64,000 nucleotides of DNA from NCBI GenBank assembly GCA_963701855.1, contig CAVPBK010000009.1:224001-288000 (forward strand), read 5' to 3'. The position numbers and the translations under genes are program-made. The stretch is from Nitrospirota bacterium (lineage in GTDB: Bacteria > Nitrospirota > Nitrospiria > Nitrospirales > Nitrospiraceae). Under the pieces are notes generated by a model, which searched no databases, was not told the origin of the DNA, and saw only the letters and a list, made by a program, of their open reading frames with translations. This document shows positions 62,820 to 64,000 of this stretch, one piece after another. Each line of letters opens with the position of its first letter. Positions within the stretch are counted from its first letter, which is position 1.

Positions 62820-63641
62820 TCAGTATACCTTCAGGCCTTCCGCGGCAAATTGAGCGCACACGCGTTGAACCAGTTCATGAGTAGGGGGCTCTGTATTTTG
62901 GAGAGTGTAGTTGAGGCCAAGTTCCTTCCATTTGAATCGGCCCAGCTGATGAAAAGGCAGGACGTCGACGCGCTCGATATTCCCCAGACCGGCCGCGAAC
63001 TTGGCGATATGCGAAACGTCCTGCGGGTCGTCGGTTAATGCCGGCACCAGGACAAAGCGGAGCCAGCAAGGCCGTTTGCGGGCAGCCAGCCGGCGCGCGA
63101 ATTCAAGTACAGGGCCGACATCTTTACCGGTCAGATGTCGATGGCGTTCTGCATCCCACGTCTTAATATCGAGCAGCACGAGGTTGATCTTCTCCAACTC
63201 GCCGTCACTGAGGCGATCGCCGAGAAAGCCGTTGGTGTCCAACGCAGTGTGGACCCCCATTTCCTGCGCGGCGGCAAATAACCTGACGACAAACCGGTCC
63301 TGCATCAGTGGCTCGCCACCGCTGATGGTGAGTCCCCCGGACATCACCTTCAGTCCGTGCCGATATTTTCGAAGCTCCTCGATCGCGCGTGAGAGGGGGA
63401 CGGGCGTGCCATTCGTCAGGCTCCATGTATCTGGATTGTGGCAATACAGACATCGGAACTGGCAACCAGACAGCCATGCGACGACACGCATTCCGGGTCC
63501 ATCGACGGCCGATCCAGTGGTAAATGAATGAATGAAGCCGATGTCTCCGCTCTCGAGCGCTTGTTTGATGACCGACTCGGATACTTTGCTACCTTTGTTC
63601 ACCCGGAGCTCGAACGGGCTTTTTGCCTCGAGCAGACTCAT
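62820..63641 (-). CDS. pflA: Pyruvate formate-lyase activating enzyme (radical SAM)
   Basis: VDGPGMR, CQFRCLYCHNPDTW, SGGEPLMQ and VLPFHQLG. Confidence 0.95.
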   Translation of the reverse strand: MSLLEAKSPFELRVNKGSKVSESVIKQALESGDIGFIHSFTTGSAVDGPGMRVVAWLSGCQFRCLYCHNPDTWSLTNGTPVPLSRAIEELRKYRHGLKVMSGGLTISGGEPLMQDRFVVRLFAAAQEMGVHTALDTNGFLGDRLSDGELEKINLVLLDIKTWDAERHRHLTGKDVGPVLEFARRLAARKRPCWLRFVLVPALTDDPQDVSHIAKFAAGLGNIERVDVLPFHQLGRFKWKELGLNYTLQNTEPPTHELVQRVCAQFAAEGLKVY

Positions 63642-63850
63642 TTATCATTTCCGGTGCCATGGCTTGTTACCTCCCGCCGTAGCAGTGATTGTAATCCGTT
63701 CCGCCTTGGCGCAAACCCGCGCAGAGCGCAATCAACCCCACGATGCCGACATGCCATTGACGGCATAGGCTTTCTCCACTCTCAACGACGATTTTAAAAC
63801 CAAGAGCCCCAGTTCTCGTGTTTGCCTGCAAAAGTTTACGAGCACGCCCG

Positions 63851-64000
63851 TCATGACCCATGGAATGTGCGATTGATGACATCCAGTTGTTGCTCCCGCG
63901 AGAGGCGCACGAAGTTGACGGCATAGCCCGAGACCCGAATCGTCAAGGACGGATATTTCTCTGGATGATCCATGGCATCAAGCAGGGTTTCACGGTTCAG
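63851..64000 (-). CDS. pflB: Pyruvate formate-lyase, C-terminal glycyl-radical domain (partial, runs off the window)
   Basis: [49 protein letters not shown]. Confidence 0.9.
   Translation of the reverse strand: MNRETLLDAMDHPEKYPSLTIRVSGYAVNFVRLSREQQLDVINRTFHGS

Overview
Bacterial chromosomal segment, probably from a Nitrospira-like organism. This taxonomy is inferred from the Slp, DUF3365 cytochrome and P-II-like genes and from the intergenic 7/9-mer repeat hairpins. (1) 1-13 kb is a scarred accessory zone. It holds a caspase-fold lipoprotein lacking the catalytic Cys, a c-type cytochrome, IS3 and IS1595 remnants, and decayed integrase/tRNA att sites. It also holds an XRE-S24 (LexA-like) repressor with a perfect operator palindrome and two small downstream ORFs, an oriC-like DnaA-box cluster with no dnaA nearby, and a DUF3800 gene. 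(2) 13-30 kb is an envelope block: a sigma54-type promoter ahead of RND pump-DUF4410-pqiABC, plus GH15, an MltF-like protein, YSC84/SYLF and SulP. (3) 30-46 kb carries glgX-ppk2-GH63-GH13-SemiSWEET-SulP, an inverted second GH63 with a deletion scar, a beta-barrel, pgl, an ion channel and a USP. (4) 46.7-64 kb carries pflB(partial)-pflA and a sigma54-preceded fba-ackA-xfp-glgP-pgm-malQ-histidine phosphatase-pgi-tkt cluster. Main hypothesis: with housekeeping Tpi/Rpi/Rpe, this cluster could run a natural, transaldolase-free non-oxidative glycolysis of glycogen to 3 acetate + 3 ATP. Several genes in it have single-base insertions that may be sequencing errors. No CRISPR array, rRNA or intact tRNA was seen.
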